From contig NC_058368.1 of the NCBI RefSeq assembly GCF_018350175.1, positions 44,952,001-45,016,000 on the forward strand: a stretch of 64,000 nucleotides of DNA, in the 5' to 3' direction. Below are positions 26,411-38,480 of this stretch, one piece after another. The translations under genes were made by a program, and so were the position numbers. Numbering within the stretch: the first letter of the stretch is position 1; each line of letters opens with the position of its first letter. This DNA is from Felis catus (lineage: Eukaryota). The notes beneath the pieces were generated by a model that did not search any database, was not told the DNA's origin, and worked only from the letters and a program-made list of their open reading frames with translations.

Positions 26411-26829
26411 ATTTAAATTAAATAAATGGCAAATTCACAAGAAAGGACATAAACCTAAAAAATTATATATTTTCCCTTATCTATTTGCTAAAAATTCATT
26501 TTAAAATACCTAGTAGCAAGATCTATGCCTTGCTGTGGGTTACATTGTTTTTCTTTTTGACAGATAGCATTCACATTTCCAAATGTATAACCTTGTGGTC
26601 TTCTGATTAGTGTGCATGGAAAAAAGGAAATGATTTACCCTCCATGTGCTAATTTAAATGAGCTTATTGCTATTATTTTGAAATATAATAAATTGTCACT
26701 TAATTCTCAGTTTGGAATTGTATTTTAAGATTAAAGTAATAATAGGTATTTTAATTTACTTATTAGGAAGAAATGTTACTCACTCCCTGAGCCTCTAGAC
26801 AACACAGTCAATCTTTCAGTTTTTAAATA

Positions 26830-27005
26830 GCATATAGGAGTCACAGAACTGATCTGGAGTCCTGGGTTCTATTTCCAGTTTTGATTATGACTCACTGAGT
26901 AACCTTGGGAGAGTCAATTAACTTTCTGGGACCAAGTTCTGTTGGTATAAAAAGGAAACAGTAACATTTAATTCTCATGGGTATTGTGAATTGTTATTCA
27001 TATTT
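26830..27005 (+). mobile_element. MIR SINE
   Basis: gtaaccttgggagagtcaattaactttctgg core. Confidence 0.7.
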
Positions 27006-27079
27006 GAAGTCATTTTCATGGTCTTTACACACACACAACACAAACTGCTATTTGAACTATAACAACTGAGTCAACACAC

Positions 27080-27363
27080 AACTCAAAGAATGTAGCCTTG
27101 ATTCATATATCCATCATCCGAAAGGCTGTCAGTTCTTTTTCTAAGATGATCTTTCCAAGGGACAAGTAGGATTACTCTCTAAAATTATTAAGTCAAACAT
27201 ATTACAATCATGAGCAAACTAATCTGATGCATCCAATAAATCAAATACACAAAAGGCCACTTCTGCTTTATCTTGACCTTTAAAGCTTTAGTTTTTGTGA
27301 CTACAATTCCTCAATTGCAAGAATTCTCCTAACCATTTGCAAACATACTCTAAAAACATTTTC
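27080..27363 (-). pseudogene. Exon remnant (WKMFLEYVCKWLGEFLQLR..KAEVAFCVFDLLDASD*FAHDCNMFDLIILE../LGKIILEKELTAFRMMDI*IKATFFE)
   Basis: Acceptor TTTTTTTTGCTTTTATAACACAATAG, in phase with the previous remnant; 3' boundary uncertain. Confidence 0.6.
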
Positions 27364-27422
27364 CTATTGTGTTATAAAAGCAAAAAAAATATTAACTTAT
27401 GACACATTTATGAAAGACTTAC

Positions 27423-27571
27423 CATCTGTTAGCTAAATTGCAAAAAGTGGAAGATACAGAGATAAGTGTCTTATACTTGGCAAGCAAAAGAATGGGGAAA
27501 GAGTTAATAAATAAATATTACAAATTGAAATCCATGAAAAACCAAAAACACAAGAAATTCCCTTCTGACAT
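27423..27571 (-). pseudogene. Exon remnant, 149 nt (MSEGNFLCFWFFMDFNL*YLFINSFP..CNLANR)
   Basis: Acceptor GCTTAACTTTAG, donor ATG|GTAAGT. Confidence 0.65.
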
Positions 27572-27756
27572 CTAAAGTTAAGCACAATATATGTTTAAAT
27601 ATTTAAAATGTTCCTGGGTTTACTCTAATAATTGCATATCTAGCATAAAGGAAAAAAAATCCCTAAATGACTAATGACATCCCCATCACATGTATCTCCT
27701 TATTGGGCAAAATCAAATGTTTCACATTAGTTCTTTTCAAGACAGGGGACACTTAC

Positions 27757-27868
27757 CCTAACTCCACTCATTCATAAGGACAAGAGCAAATGTTTGGTTT
27801 CCAGATTAGTGGGGAGATTTTGCTCTCTCAATTTTGTCAAAACTTTTAATCATATTTAAATCCTATGC
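27757..27868 (-). pseudogene. Exon remnant, 112 nt, acceptor hit by an L1 fragment
   Basis: Donor AGG|GTAAGT; original acceptor TTTTCAG now at 28039-28045. Confidence 0.55.
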
Positions 27869-27873
27869 CTGAA

Positions 27874-28032
27874 CTTGTGTTGACCACTGGGAATTTTATG
27901 TAAGTGATGAATCACTAAATTCTACTCCTAAGCCAATACTACACTAGCTAGAATTTTTAAATAACCATTTTAAAATATGAATTAGAAACAGGAAAGAAAA
28001 TGAATAAAAAATAAAAGTAAAAATAAAATACT
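27874..28032 (+). mobile_element. Severely 5'-truncated carnivore L1 3' end, TSD ctatgcctgaa
   Basis: gtaagtgatgaatcactaaattctactcct; TSD 27863-27873 and 28033-28043. Confidence 0.85.
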
Positions 28033-28409
28033 CTATGCCTGAAAACTGCCTTATCCCAGTAAAGCTACCTTTCGTTCAATCAAACCTTCAACTGACCTTT
28101 TTAAGGAAATATTTTTTAGTTAAGGTGTTCTTTTGTATTTTCTTTTGTTGTTCCTTTATCTAAAATGAAAAGAGGGAATAATGTTGAATCTCTTTTTATT
28201 GCCAGGGCAAACTCACCATAGACATGAGATTCAATTTGGTCAAGAAGCAGCAGAGTGAAACGTTCTACAAAGAGGATAGAGCTAGTAAAAGGACATGCAA
28301 AGAACTGAGAATATTTCTTGTGTTTGTCACTGGGGCTTGAGTGTGAGATAAAAGGTCACAAGGAGTAAGATGGTTAATATAGTCAGGAGGATCACAGTGG
28401 CTGACTTTG

Positions 28410-28615
28410 TGAGGGAGTTTCACATTAATGATCACCTTTAATCCTCCCAAAGCCTTTGGAAAGTAAGGATAATTATCTCCCTCTTACAAAGGAAGAACAT
28501 GCTGTGCAGAGAAAATAAATAATACACTAAGATCCCACAAGTACAGTGTGACAGATTCTAGACTTGCACCCAGCTTCCTCTGACTTCACAGTCCATGTTT
28601 TCATAATTTACCACA
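28410..28615 (-). mobile_element. MIR SINE
   Basis: tttaatcctcccaa..cttcctctgacttcacagtccatg. Confidence 0.6.
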
Positions 28616-29052
28616 CCAAACACTGAAGCTACAATTCTGGATTCTCTTGTCTTCTCATCCAAAGCATTAAGGGAATTGTTTTTCTAGGGATTTAGATCTT
28701 TGCTTCATAGTTTCAAACTCAGGTTACATCGACTGTTTTAGACAAGCTCCTTCACCCAGTATTTATCCTGTGTTAGGGATTGTGACTATTGCTGTCAATA
28801 AAATGCCTATCCCTTTATGGAGCTTGCAACTGACCATCCTAACACATCCTAACACATACACAATAGAATTGATATGGACCAGTGCAAAATACAGGAATAG
28901 CTCAGTCAGAAATGTTTATGCAATACTATTTTTTTCATAAAAACACAATGTAATAGATATAGCACATAAAAGAAAATTAAAAACAAACAAAAAAAATAAA
29001 AAACAACAACTTAGCTTGACCAGTTTGGTTTTAAAAGATGAAAACAAGATTA

Positions 29053-29213
29053 GCAATGCCAGGGTGGCTAAGTGGGTTAAACATCCAACTTCAGCTCATG
29101 TCACGATCTCAGGGTTTGTGAGTTTGAGCCCCACGTCCGGCTCTGTGTTGACAGCTCAGAACCTGGAACCTGCTTTGGATTCTGTGTCTCCCTCTCTCTT
29201 TGCCCCTCCCCTA

Positions 29214-29252
<39 letters not shown>

Positions 29253-29280
29253 AAAAATAAACATTAAAATTTTTTAAAAA
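29053..29280 (+). mobile_element. Can-SINE
   Basis: SINE body, (CT)n, A tail. Confidence 0.93.
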
Positions 29281-29659
29281 AGAAATTAGTTTGTTGTGCA
29301 AAAGTATACACATTACCCAAATTAGCTTAAAAAGGAAATTAGTTTATTTATATACATAATAATCATTTAGGAAAAATTTGGCCCCATATAGTAGATTTTA
29401 TGAAGGCCATGTTCTTCAGAGACACATCACTTCACCCATTCACTGTTTCTCAATAATAATATAGGGAATTCATTCATTAAGCATAAAATTCTGATTATAT
29501 TGGAAAGGAAAATTCTTCTAACTTCTAAGCAGTAGTATGCATGCCACATTTTAGTGATTTGCATTTAGCAAATTCTGAACACACTGCTTTAAAAATATAG
29601 CTAAACATAGGAATTGAAACATCATATTAGAAACAAAGTTAAATTCTTAACTACAAAAT

Positions 29660-29764
29660 GTAACTTTCTTCCTTCCATGAATGTGTGTAACTATATCCTA
29701 TTTCTCTGGCTGCTCTAGATTTCCAGGCATAAGCAAAACAATATTCAAAGGTAGCATAGTACCT
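29660..29764 (-). pseudogene. Exon remnant (RYYATFEYCFAYAWKSRAAREIGYSYTHSWKEE)
   Basis: 37 stop-free codons after AG at 29765-29766; donor not recognisable. Confidence 0.5.
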
Positions 29765-30039
29765 CTTTTAAGGCCAGAGGCCAATATTAGTGCTTTCAGT
29801 GGTCAGATTTAAAACCTTAGACATGTATTTTTGTATCTCTGGACCTTAGCCCCCTTATATCATAATGGAACTGTTTGAATAAATTATTGATGAGATCTCT
29901 TCGAAGTCTGAGACAAGATTCCATTTCATTTTGGGGGAGACTTCAGCTTGTTAGCCCTGGCATACGTCACCCCACAACTTGGCATGCTGTCTCAAGGAAA
30001 ATCTTAGAAAAAGAAACATGATACTACTGCAAAAATTAC

Positions 30040-30200
30040 ATTTTCCAGGAATCTAACTCAAATATATGCTCCCTCGAGTTTCAGTAATGCTGATTGGCCT
30101 GACAAGAAATGGACATTCTGAGAACTCAGAACTTGATGTTGAGTGATCATCCACTTATCAAAAATGTTGATGCTACTTACAATGTACAATTACCAGAATT
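30040..30200 (-). pseudogene. Exon remnant (FW*LYIVSSINIFDKWMITQHQVL..LKLEGAYI*VRFLEN)
   Basis: Donor AAT|GTAATT in phase 0 joins the next remnant; acceptor weak. Confidence 0.5.
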
Positions 30201-30868
30201 CTGTGTGTACTTTAGAATATGATTTAAGATTAAGTGTTAATTTTGTAGTTATCTCTAGATTTATTTTAAGCATATTTGAATAAAAGATTGTTCCAATTCA
30301 TAATCTTTGGTAAGCAAGGAGGTTATTAAATAACTATAGTACATATTTACATCAACATTATCTGGCAAAATAGCCAACTAGAAAGACTTTGAAACCTAAG
30401 GATATAATGGTAAGGCTAGAAGAATCATTTCATCCACTTTTATTTTGCTTTACTCTGGTCTACATTACTAATATACTTTGTCTTAAAGAGAAATTCACTT
30501 GTTACAGTTTAGACCTCTTTTATTGTATGCGATATCTTTAGTACTAATAATAGATGTTTCACTAGCAATTTATAGTTTAGAAATTACTTTCTTATTCATT
30601 ATTTAATTTTATATTTCCTGTGACATTTTTTTTTCCAGAAGGGATATATTAAAATCCATTTTACAGACATGGAAAATTGAGGCTAAGTAGGTTTAGATGA
30701 GTATTCATCATGGAGCTGCCAAGTGACAATTGAACCCAATTTTTAAATTTCTTTTGTCTCTAAACCCAATTATTTTATTTCTTTTTGCCTCTAAATCTAA
30801 GTTGAAGAAGTATCATTAGTTCTTAAAAAGCTATATTTTTTTCCTTTTTTTTAAAGTTCTCTACTTAC

Positions 30869-31016
30869 ATTTTAAAATACTTCTGCAACAACTTATCAGA
30901 TTTCAGAGTTCCAGCAATCACTATTAGACCTTGGTCTGAATTACTAAGAAAAACATCAATGAGCGCTAAATCAGTACATAAATGAACTATAGCTATTTTG
31001 CCTGTGCTTGCGCTGT
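30869..31016 (-). pseudogene. Exon remnant, 148 nt, stop-free (SASTGKIAIVHLCTDLALIDVFLSNSDQGLIVIAGTLKSDKLLQKYFK)
   Basis: Acceptor TATTCTCTGCAG, donor AAT|GTAAGT; within ORF 30865..31083. Confidence 0.7.
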
Positions 31017-31736
31017 CTGCAGAGAATATAATCATCGTTGCCATAAACATAAGTATGTATAATTTATGACATGCCAATGGCACTACACAACCTCTGTAAA
31101 CTTTTAATGCTTTATTTATATAGGATTTTATGATTTACAGTGGCTTTTACATACAGTACAATGATTCTGTTTTAACTTCATAACAAAAATGAGAAAGGAA
31201 GGTATTTTTGTCCCCATCTTATATATGAGGAAAACGAGGCCAAGAAAAATGATGTAGTGTCCCCAGAACATGAAATTAGAAAAACAAATTTAGTATTGTT
31301 CAAATTTGATTTGGCTCACTCCAAAACAAAACAAAATTATTCTACTTGTCTTTTAACAGAAACTAGAAGTGACATTAAACCAAATTAGTTAAAACCATAA
31401 AATATTAAAATGGGAGGGAAAAATGAGGAATGAAGTAACTAATAGCTAATTTATTTAGAAGTGACAATTTAACAAATATTTTTTAGAATGTGAAATATAA
31501 AATTAAAACTGTAAGCAAACAATTTACTGTTTTAACTTTTTACTGTGAAAATGCTGCCTTTAATTGATCATCTAAGTTGATCAGCTGAAACTATAAAAAA
31601 TAAATAACTTGTCATTTTATCACTTTAATATTAGTCATACAACCCATCCAAAATTTGAAAGTCAATTTTGGTGCTCTATATGTCATCAAAAGGAGCCTTT
31701 TGATGGAAACTGACTTGTGTTACATGAAATATTCAC

Positions 31737-31826
31737 ACCTCAATCTGGAGCCTTCTTCCTTCTTAAGAAGGCTTTCCATAAAGTCTTCTTCAGAAGCCAG
31801 CATCTACCTTTGTATGAAACTTTTAT
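31737..31826 (-). pseudogene. Exon remnant, 90 nt (DKSFIQR*MLASEEDFMESLLKKEEGSRLR)
   Basis: Acceptor TTTTAACTCTGTAG, donor GGT|GTGAAT; phase 1 to 1. Confidence 0.55.
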
Positions 31827-32118
31827 CTACAGAGTTAAAATTTTATAAGGTTTAAGATGATAAAATATTAAAATGAAGGCTGAGGTTCTGATATGTTCAC
31901 TCAAAGGAACTGAGCTGAGCTTTCCTTTTTTTTTTTTTTTAAACTCTTACTCTTTTCTCTGTGAAGAGCATAAGAACTGAAATACAGCACACTTCAGAAA
32001 TTCCCTAAAGGACAATGGTGATTGATTTCTCTTTTCATGTGTCATAACTGGGGTTCCAAGACTCCATTAAAATAAATATTAATCTGGGCAGTTACTACAT
32101 TGATTTGAATTACTAATT

Positions 32119-32328
32119 CTTTTTTTTTTTTTAATATTTATTTTTAAGAGGGACAGACAGAGCGCGAGCGAGGGAGGGGCAGAGAAAGAGGGAGACAGAA
32201 TCCTAAGCAGGCTCCAGGCTCTGAGCTGTCAGCACAGAGCCTGATGCGGGGCTGGAATTTGCGTGGACCGTGAGATCATGACCTGAGCTGAAGTCGGACA
32301 CTTAACCAACTGGGCCACCCAGGCCCCC
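32119..32328 (-). mobile_element. Can-SINE
   Basis: Reverse-complement SINE, TSD core actaattc. Confidence 0.95.
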
Positions 32329-32892
32329 ACTAATTCATTTTTTTATATCTGGGTTTAATTATGGTGATGCGATCTCCATTTCTCCAGCCTATACAATACT
32401 GTAAAAAGTATTTTAATCATGGTAAAAGACAAATATTAACTTGGTAGTTTTTAACCATCAAGCCCTAAGTGTAACATTTTTTTATGAGAGCAATTTCAAC
32501 AGTAATCTTCCAGATATATCTGTGTGGCATTTTACTAGTTTGAAAGTCTTTTTATACGCACCAACAAATTTTGTTGTAATAATTTTTGTCCCTAGAAAAC
32601 TGAATATCATATCTTTCCATAGTTAGATGTAGCAAATAAGTAAGTCATTCTCTAATGTCATACTTTTAAAAGGATTGTAAACAGAAATCAATGCTAGAGA
32701 GTATAAAGAGGTCAGTTACATTCCCAAGCCAAGTTTAGTTGGGATATACCATGTGTCACTGGGAAAGATATTAGATGTGGCTAGATCACAGATTTCTACA
32801 AAGGGAGATGTGTGGAGTGAGGAATTAGATTGTTCTATAAAATAATCATTATTTTTTTTCTCATGTAACAAGTTGGGTCTTGATGAGTTATT

Positions 32893-33305
32893 ATTTTTTT
32901 AATTTATTTATTTTTTATTTTTTAACATTTATTTATTATTGAGAGACAGACATAGCGTGAGAAGGGGAGGGCTAGAGAGGAGAGACACAATCTGAAGCAG
33001 GCTCCAGGCTCTGAGCTGTCAGCACAGAGCCTGATGTGGGTCTTGAACCCACAAACTGTGAGATCATGACCTGAGCCAAAGTTGGTTGCTTAACCAGCTG
33101 AGCCACCCAGATGTCCCTAAACTTATTTTTAAAGAGATATAGAGAGCATACTAGGAGAGGGGCAGAGAGGGAGAAAGAATCTCAAACAGGCTCAGTACTG
33201 TCAGCGCAGAACCCAATGCGGGGCTCACACCCACACACTTTGAGATCACGACCTGAGCAGAATTCAAGAGTCAGATGCTTAATCTACTAAGCCACCCAGG
33301 CGCCC
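32893..33305 (-). mobile_element. Two tandem Can-SINEs inside one TSD (ttgatRagttatt)
   Basis: Heads at about 33117 and 33305. Confidence 0.92.
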
Positions 33306-33547
33306 TTGATAAGTTATTCCTAATGTTGCCTAACTATGTCATGCAGAGGTTTCATAGCATTTTATTTAATCATAATTACTAATACTGTGCTTTTTCTAAA
33401 ACCAAAATCTCAAAAGGTAACCATTTGAAGACAATTTCTGCTCCTGCTTAGCAAATGAAAATGAATAACAGATGGTTATATCCTTCACTGATTGTTGCCT
33501 TTAGCACATCAGACTTTACTTTTGATCACAGAAGATTTTAGTGTTAC

Positions 33548-33653
33548 CCTAGAGTTTTTTCTACATAATATTCTTAGCCATTACTGTTTACTTTGGGAAA
33601 ACCAATGCAGCAGGGTCTTGATAATCACCAGAAAGAACCCATATGGGTATTTC
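33548..33653 (-). pseudogene. Exon remnant, 106 nt (EIPIWVLSGDYQDPAALVFPK*..)
   Basis: Acceptor CTTGTCTTTTAACAG, donor AGG|GTAACA. Confidence 0.55.
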
Positions 33654-34012
33654 CTGTTAAAAGACAAGCATTTTATGCAGACATTCCTATTTAATTCAAT
33701 ACAGGGATAAATTTAACTTAGTACATTTATACTCAATAATAGGATAATTCTAGCATTGAGATTGCCTAGAGGAGGTAGTGAGTTCCACACTAATTGAACT
33801 GTTTAAATGTACGGTAATGGGGCCCATGATAAATGTATTGTTAAAGAGTTTCTTGGACTAGATGAGTGGATGCTTCGCTGATTTTAGGGGCTCTTTCCAC
33901 CTATGACTTATGATTCTGTTTGCCCTGGCTGACATTATGGGCCCTCCACCGATTTGTTCTACTAACTTTTCATAGATGGTGGTAAATCGCTAAGGAAATC
34001 TACATCTTATCT

Positions 34013-34018
34013 TGTGTG

Positions 34019-34062
<44 letters not shown>

Positions 34063-34064
34063 TG
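34013..34064. repeat. (TG)n microsatellite
   Basis: Visible tandem units. Confidence 0.97.
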
Positions 34065-34258
34065 CTCCAAAATAAAAATCATAACTTAAAGAAAATGGAA
34101 ATAAAAGTATTTTTCCATGTTTTGTTTTATAGAGTTATTTTGATTTGTTAAACTCTATTAAGCTACACCTTTATAGATTAATTTTTATCTTATATTATGA
34201 CAAATATTTCCAATATTTCAGACACCTAGATTTTATATTATTTATCATTGATCTCTAC

Positions 34259-34360
34259 TTTCTTAGCAGTTGTAGAGGGCATTGATTTTGAATTCAGTTC
34301 ATACTGGAATCTAACTTTTCAGTAAGTAGCAGAAATTGTGATGCACAGAAAATGTGTTTG
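34259..34360 (-). pseudogene. Exon remnant, 102 nt, frame ambiguous
   Basis: Acceptor CTGCTTACTAATAG, weak donor AAA|GTAGAG; length preserves frame. Confidence 0.4.
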
Positions 34361-34571
34361 CTATTAGTAAGCAGTGGAATTCAAAGTTAATGAAGACATA
34401 ATAAAGGATGAGTTACATCCCGTTTCAATATACTATATTTGGTCTCACATTATAAGGCTAGAACTATTCCTTTAACCATGAAACATAAAGACAAAATCAA
34501 TACTCTTGCCCTATGAGAACTTGAGAGAAAAGTATGGTACAATTCTGGAGAACATTTAAGTTATTTCTCAC

Positions 34572-34648
34572 ACTTCTCCAGTATTTCTGAGGGGTGTTTT
34601 TGAGAAGGTATCTTCTATAAGAAGAGACCTTTTGTGATGGTAGCTAAA
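34572..34648 (-). pseudogene. Exon remnant, 77 nt (V*LPSQKVSSYRRYLLKNTPQKYWRS)
   Basis: Acceptor TTTTTTCTTACAG, donor AGT|GTGAGA. Confidence 0.6.
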
Positions 34649-35029
34649 CTGTAAGAAAAAAGCTTAATATTTTTTGTCTTCCAAATTTAGAAGGCACTAT
34701 GGAACTAAGGCTTTCCCATATTTGAAGCTATTACTTAAAATTTGAATTTAATAAAAATTTTTTTGCTAAAAGTGGTAAATGTTCCAGACACACCATAGCA
34801 TATTTTAATATTAGTTTTTTTTCAGTGTATTTTGAGTGCCAATATTTAGTAATATTGACTACTAAAATATTTATGAAAAACATAACAACTGTTTTTTTTC
34901 TAATTTCCTTTTAAAAATGAAAACAAAATATAACTTGGATGTTTGTTCATTTTCTCTGAAACAGGCTTTCCTCTTCTCTTTCTCATACACATATATTAAA
35001 TTCAGTTCTAGATCATGGGGGAAGGGGGA

Positions 35030-35860
35030 AGACCACTCAAGTGCTAAGCACTGTTCTTGAATATGGAGAAATAAAAAATATGAATTACACACATTGCTTA
35101 ATCTTCAATGAAAATGTGCTTGAGTGAGAAAAACAAGTACACAATTAACGGAAACATATACAAGGCAGAAAAAAATGATCACTGCAATAAATATGCTAAA
35201 CATACTATTATAAGCACACCAAGAAATAGACTGGGTTTTTGAGGAGAAGACAGAAAGGTTAATTGTAAGTGGTGAAATTTGGCTGTACTCTTGACGAAAA
35301 TATAGAATTTCAAAAAAGTATGACATGAAATCAAAAGTATAAAGAGTATTGCAAGTTCTATGAATAAAACATAGAAAGAGATGTTTAACTACAAGACTTT
35401 TCCAGGAAGTGTGACACTTAGAATGGCAGAGCCTTAAATATCCGGTGGGTAATTGAAGATGCAAAAGACAGATGAGTGTCATGTTTTGGAGAGCATTATA
35501 TGCATTATTAAGAATTGTATTCTTAATGCTTGAAGTCACGGGAGACACTGAGACCTTTGTGAGAAGTGACAACAAGACATGTTTTTAAAGATAAATTTAA
35601 TTCAGAGAATTTTGTCAGGGGTATACTTTAGCAGGAAAATAGGTTAAACACAGGAAATTAATTATGAAACTATTGTGAAAGTATACTTAAAACAGAAGCA
35701 ATGGAGAAAAGAAAAAACAAAATGTGGAGACATATTTAATAGATAAAAGCGATTGATGACTTACTTAATATGGGAAACAAAAGAAGAGAATTGAATAAAG
35801 ATGCCTTCAAGGTTTCCATTCTGAAATACAGAATACCTGGGAAAATGAACAGGTTCTGAC
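35030..35860 (-). mobile_element. L2 fragment, highly diverged
   Basis: aagatgccttcaaggtttcc and related L2-type motifs. Confidence 0.5.
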
Positions 35861-35909
35861 AGGTTCAGATGAAACAGTTGGGAAAGAACTCTCATTGCCA
35901 TGTATTTAC

Positions 35910-36010
35910 CTGCTGCCAACGGTGAGCGTTACTCTTCACACATCAGCCCACTTGCTTTCTGTGAGAATGCAGTGAGACAGACATTATCATCTTTATTTTT
36001 CATTGAAGTC
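35910..36010 (-). pseudogene. Exon remnant (TSMKNKDDNVCLTAFSQKASGLMCEE*RSPLAA)
   Basis: Acceptor TTTTCCTGACATGTTAG, donor CAG|GTAAAT. Confidence 0.55.
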
Positions 36011-36109
36011 CTAACATGTCAGGAAAAGCAAATTTCGTATCATGGTAACGATAAAACGTATCATGGTAACGGTAAAAATATAATTTTACAAATTAAATAA
36101 GGCCATGTT

Positions 36110-38480
36110 TGTTTTGAACTTTAAATTGATGTAAGTTCACAGTAAATACTATCCTGTGTCTGGATTTCTCTCAGAGTTATGTCTGTAAGATGCATCCTGT
36201 TGCATGTAGCAAATCAATTTTTATTGGTTTAAAATGGTCCAGTGTATGAAGATGCCACACTTTATCCATTCCATTATTGATGGGTACTGGGTGGTTTCTG
36301 GCTTGAGTCATTACAAATAACGTTGTTATAAAACTTCTCTCACATAAGTTTGAGTTCATATATGTGGTTATCTTGAGGGTGTGCATTTTTACAAGTGGAA
36401 CCGGTGGTCTGTAAAATATGAGTGTGTTTGTATTTAGTATATACTCCTGAACAGTCTCCATACAAGTTAACAAATTAACACTCACGTCAGTAGTTGTACT
36501 GCATCATGAAAATACTGGATATTAAATATTCCTTTCTTTTTAAAAAGTTTAGCCATTCTGATCGGTACTTAGTTACATTTCATCATGTTTTTATCTGCAT
36601 TGTATTGGTAGCCATTTGGGTACCTGTTTTTAGAAACTGGCCTGTTCAAATTCGCTATTTTCAAAAAGTTGGTCCTTTGTACCTTCATTGTCTACAGAAG
36701 TCCTTTGCATGTTCTGGGTGAAAAGTCATTTTTGGAACTATATATTATAAACATCTACCCTCTGGCTTGCTTTTTCACCCTCACAATGGTATGCTTTGAT
36801 GAACACAGTTTTAAATTTCAATAAAGTCCAGTTTGTCAATCTTTATCCTCTGTGAATCTTATTTAAGAAATCTTTGCTTGTCACAATATAATGAATGTTT
36901 TCTCATATTTTGTCTAGATGTTTTATTGTTCTATCCTTTATGTTTTACGATAAATCTGCTATTGAATTTGTATATAATATAAAAGGAATCAAAATGTTGA
37001 TTTTTTTTTTTTGCAGATACACAACAGACCCAGCATTATTCATTAAAAACACCATATTTTTCCATTGCACTGCAATGGTGACTTGTCACATACCAGGTAT
37101 AAGTGTGGTTCTGTTTCTATTTCAATTAATTATTCATTTCTCTTTTCAGCAATAACACAATGTTTTATTTCCTTTAGCTGTATAATAAGCTTAGATATTT
37201 TGTGGAGTACCTCTTTCAGGTTGTTTAAACTGTTTTTGATCCTTAAAAATTTCTTAAAATTATAGTCGATTTTAACAACCTCCATCAAATAAAGATGAAT
37301 TTTAATTGGGATATGATTTAATCTATACATAATTTAGGAAGAATTGGTATCTTTACCAATTCTTGACTCTTTCCACTCCCAAATATGGTATATCTTTCTA
37401 CTCATTTAGTTTTTTTAAAAAAATTTTGTCTTAGTAATATTCAGTTTTCAGTTTAGAATTTTTATATATCATTCGTCAGATTTATTACCTAGAGTGTGAT
37501 TCAATTTTTAAAGTTCTTATAAAAATCATCTTTTACACATCCAGTTTTGACAGTTTATTCTAATTTAGAGGTGTTAAAGTAACTTTAGATAGTGATTTTG
37601 CACCCAGCAGTCTCACTAAATTCATTCATGAATTTATCCGCAGATTAGTTAAGTTGCTTTAGGAAGGGAAGTTGTTTGATTTTGGTCATTTGATTCTGAT
37701 TTTTTGGTGTGCCGGATTCTTTTTATTCAAGAGCAGATATTGTATATGAAATATTATAGAGATCCTTGATATTATCTTCCTCTGAGAACATTAAATTTTG
37801 TTTTGGTAAAATGATAAATTATGGACAGATCACCTTTTAATTAGTGAGGAAAGTCAAATTCCAGTTTGCAGTTACTCTTGGAATATAGCCTACTCAGGGG
37901 TCACAAAAAAACCTGGAGTGTTGTTGTTAGTCCCTACTTTTTGGCAGGGCTTAATTCCGATTTTTGTTTGATCAGGAATATGAGACGTCTTATATTTTTG
38001 TTTAGTTTGTAGCTCTAATAGTCATTTACTTCTTGGTTTATTGGTGTCACTTCCAATACTTGAGCAGTGCCTTAATCAGCAATTGCCTCAAGGGCAAAAG
38101 ATATGGGGAGAATGTCAGGCTCGCTCTTCTTTGTTTCCCTTTATCCAGGAACTTTGACCTTCAAGTCTTTGTTGACTTGGTAGCCCCAAAGTCACTTTTT
38201 TCCTTCACAGTGAGGCTGCAACAACCACCAACTCATGCCTTTTTACACAGCATCCAAGCCATGCCCTGTGAATTGGCAAAGCATTTCAGGGTAAATGTAG
38301 CTGCAAATGTAGGGTTAATCTCACTTCCCTTCTCTATCCTCTAGGACCTTGCATCCCTAAATCCTTGCTGTCTTCGTTTCTGTTTTTGTTTGTGTGCTTG
38401 TTCATTTTTAACACACCCTTTTTTTCATTCTCAGCTGGGAGTGTTTCTTATTCCAGCTTCTGTGACTGTGTCACAGAAAG
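36110..38480 (-). mobile_element. Ancient L1 (L1ME-like) fragments
   Basis: Antisense ORF2 3' region; ORFs 36177..36485 and 37130..37330 are L1-like. Confidence 0.8.

Noticed and set aside
30351..30395. 45-nt candidate extra exon (FQSLSSWLFCQIML)
   Set aside because: Phase fits the upstream exon but not the downstream one; too short to support.
34267..34321. Plus-strand micro-exon with ttcttag and gtaagt
   Set aside because: Good splice signals but isolated; it could be an antisense non-coding exon, but nothing else supports it.
35105..35575. 156-aa ORF
   Set aside because: Lies in diverged L2-like sequence, has no splice signals and starts at a non-ATG codon.
35897..35927. Plus-strand first exon gccATG..MYLPAAN G|gtgagc
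   Set aside because: No supporting downstream plus-strand exons; it overlaps a minus-strand remnant that fits the phase chain.
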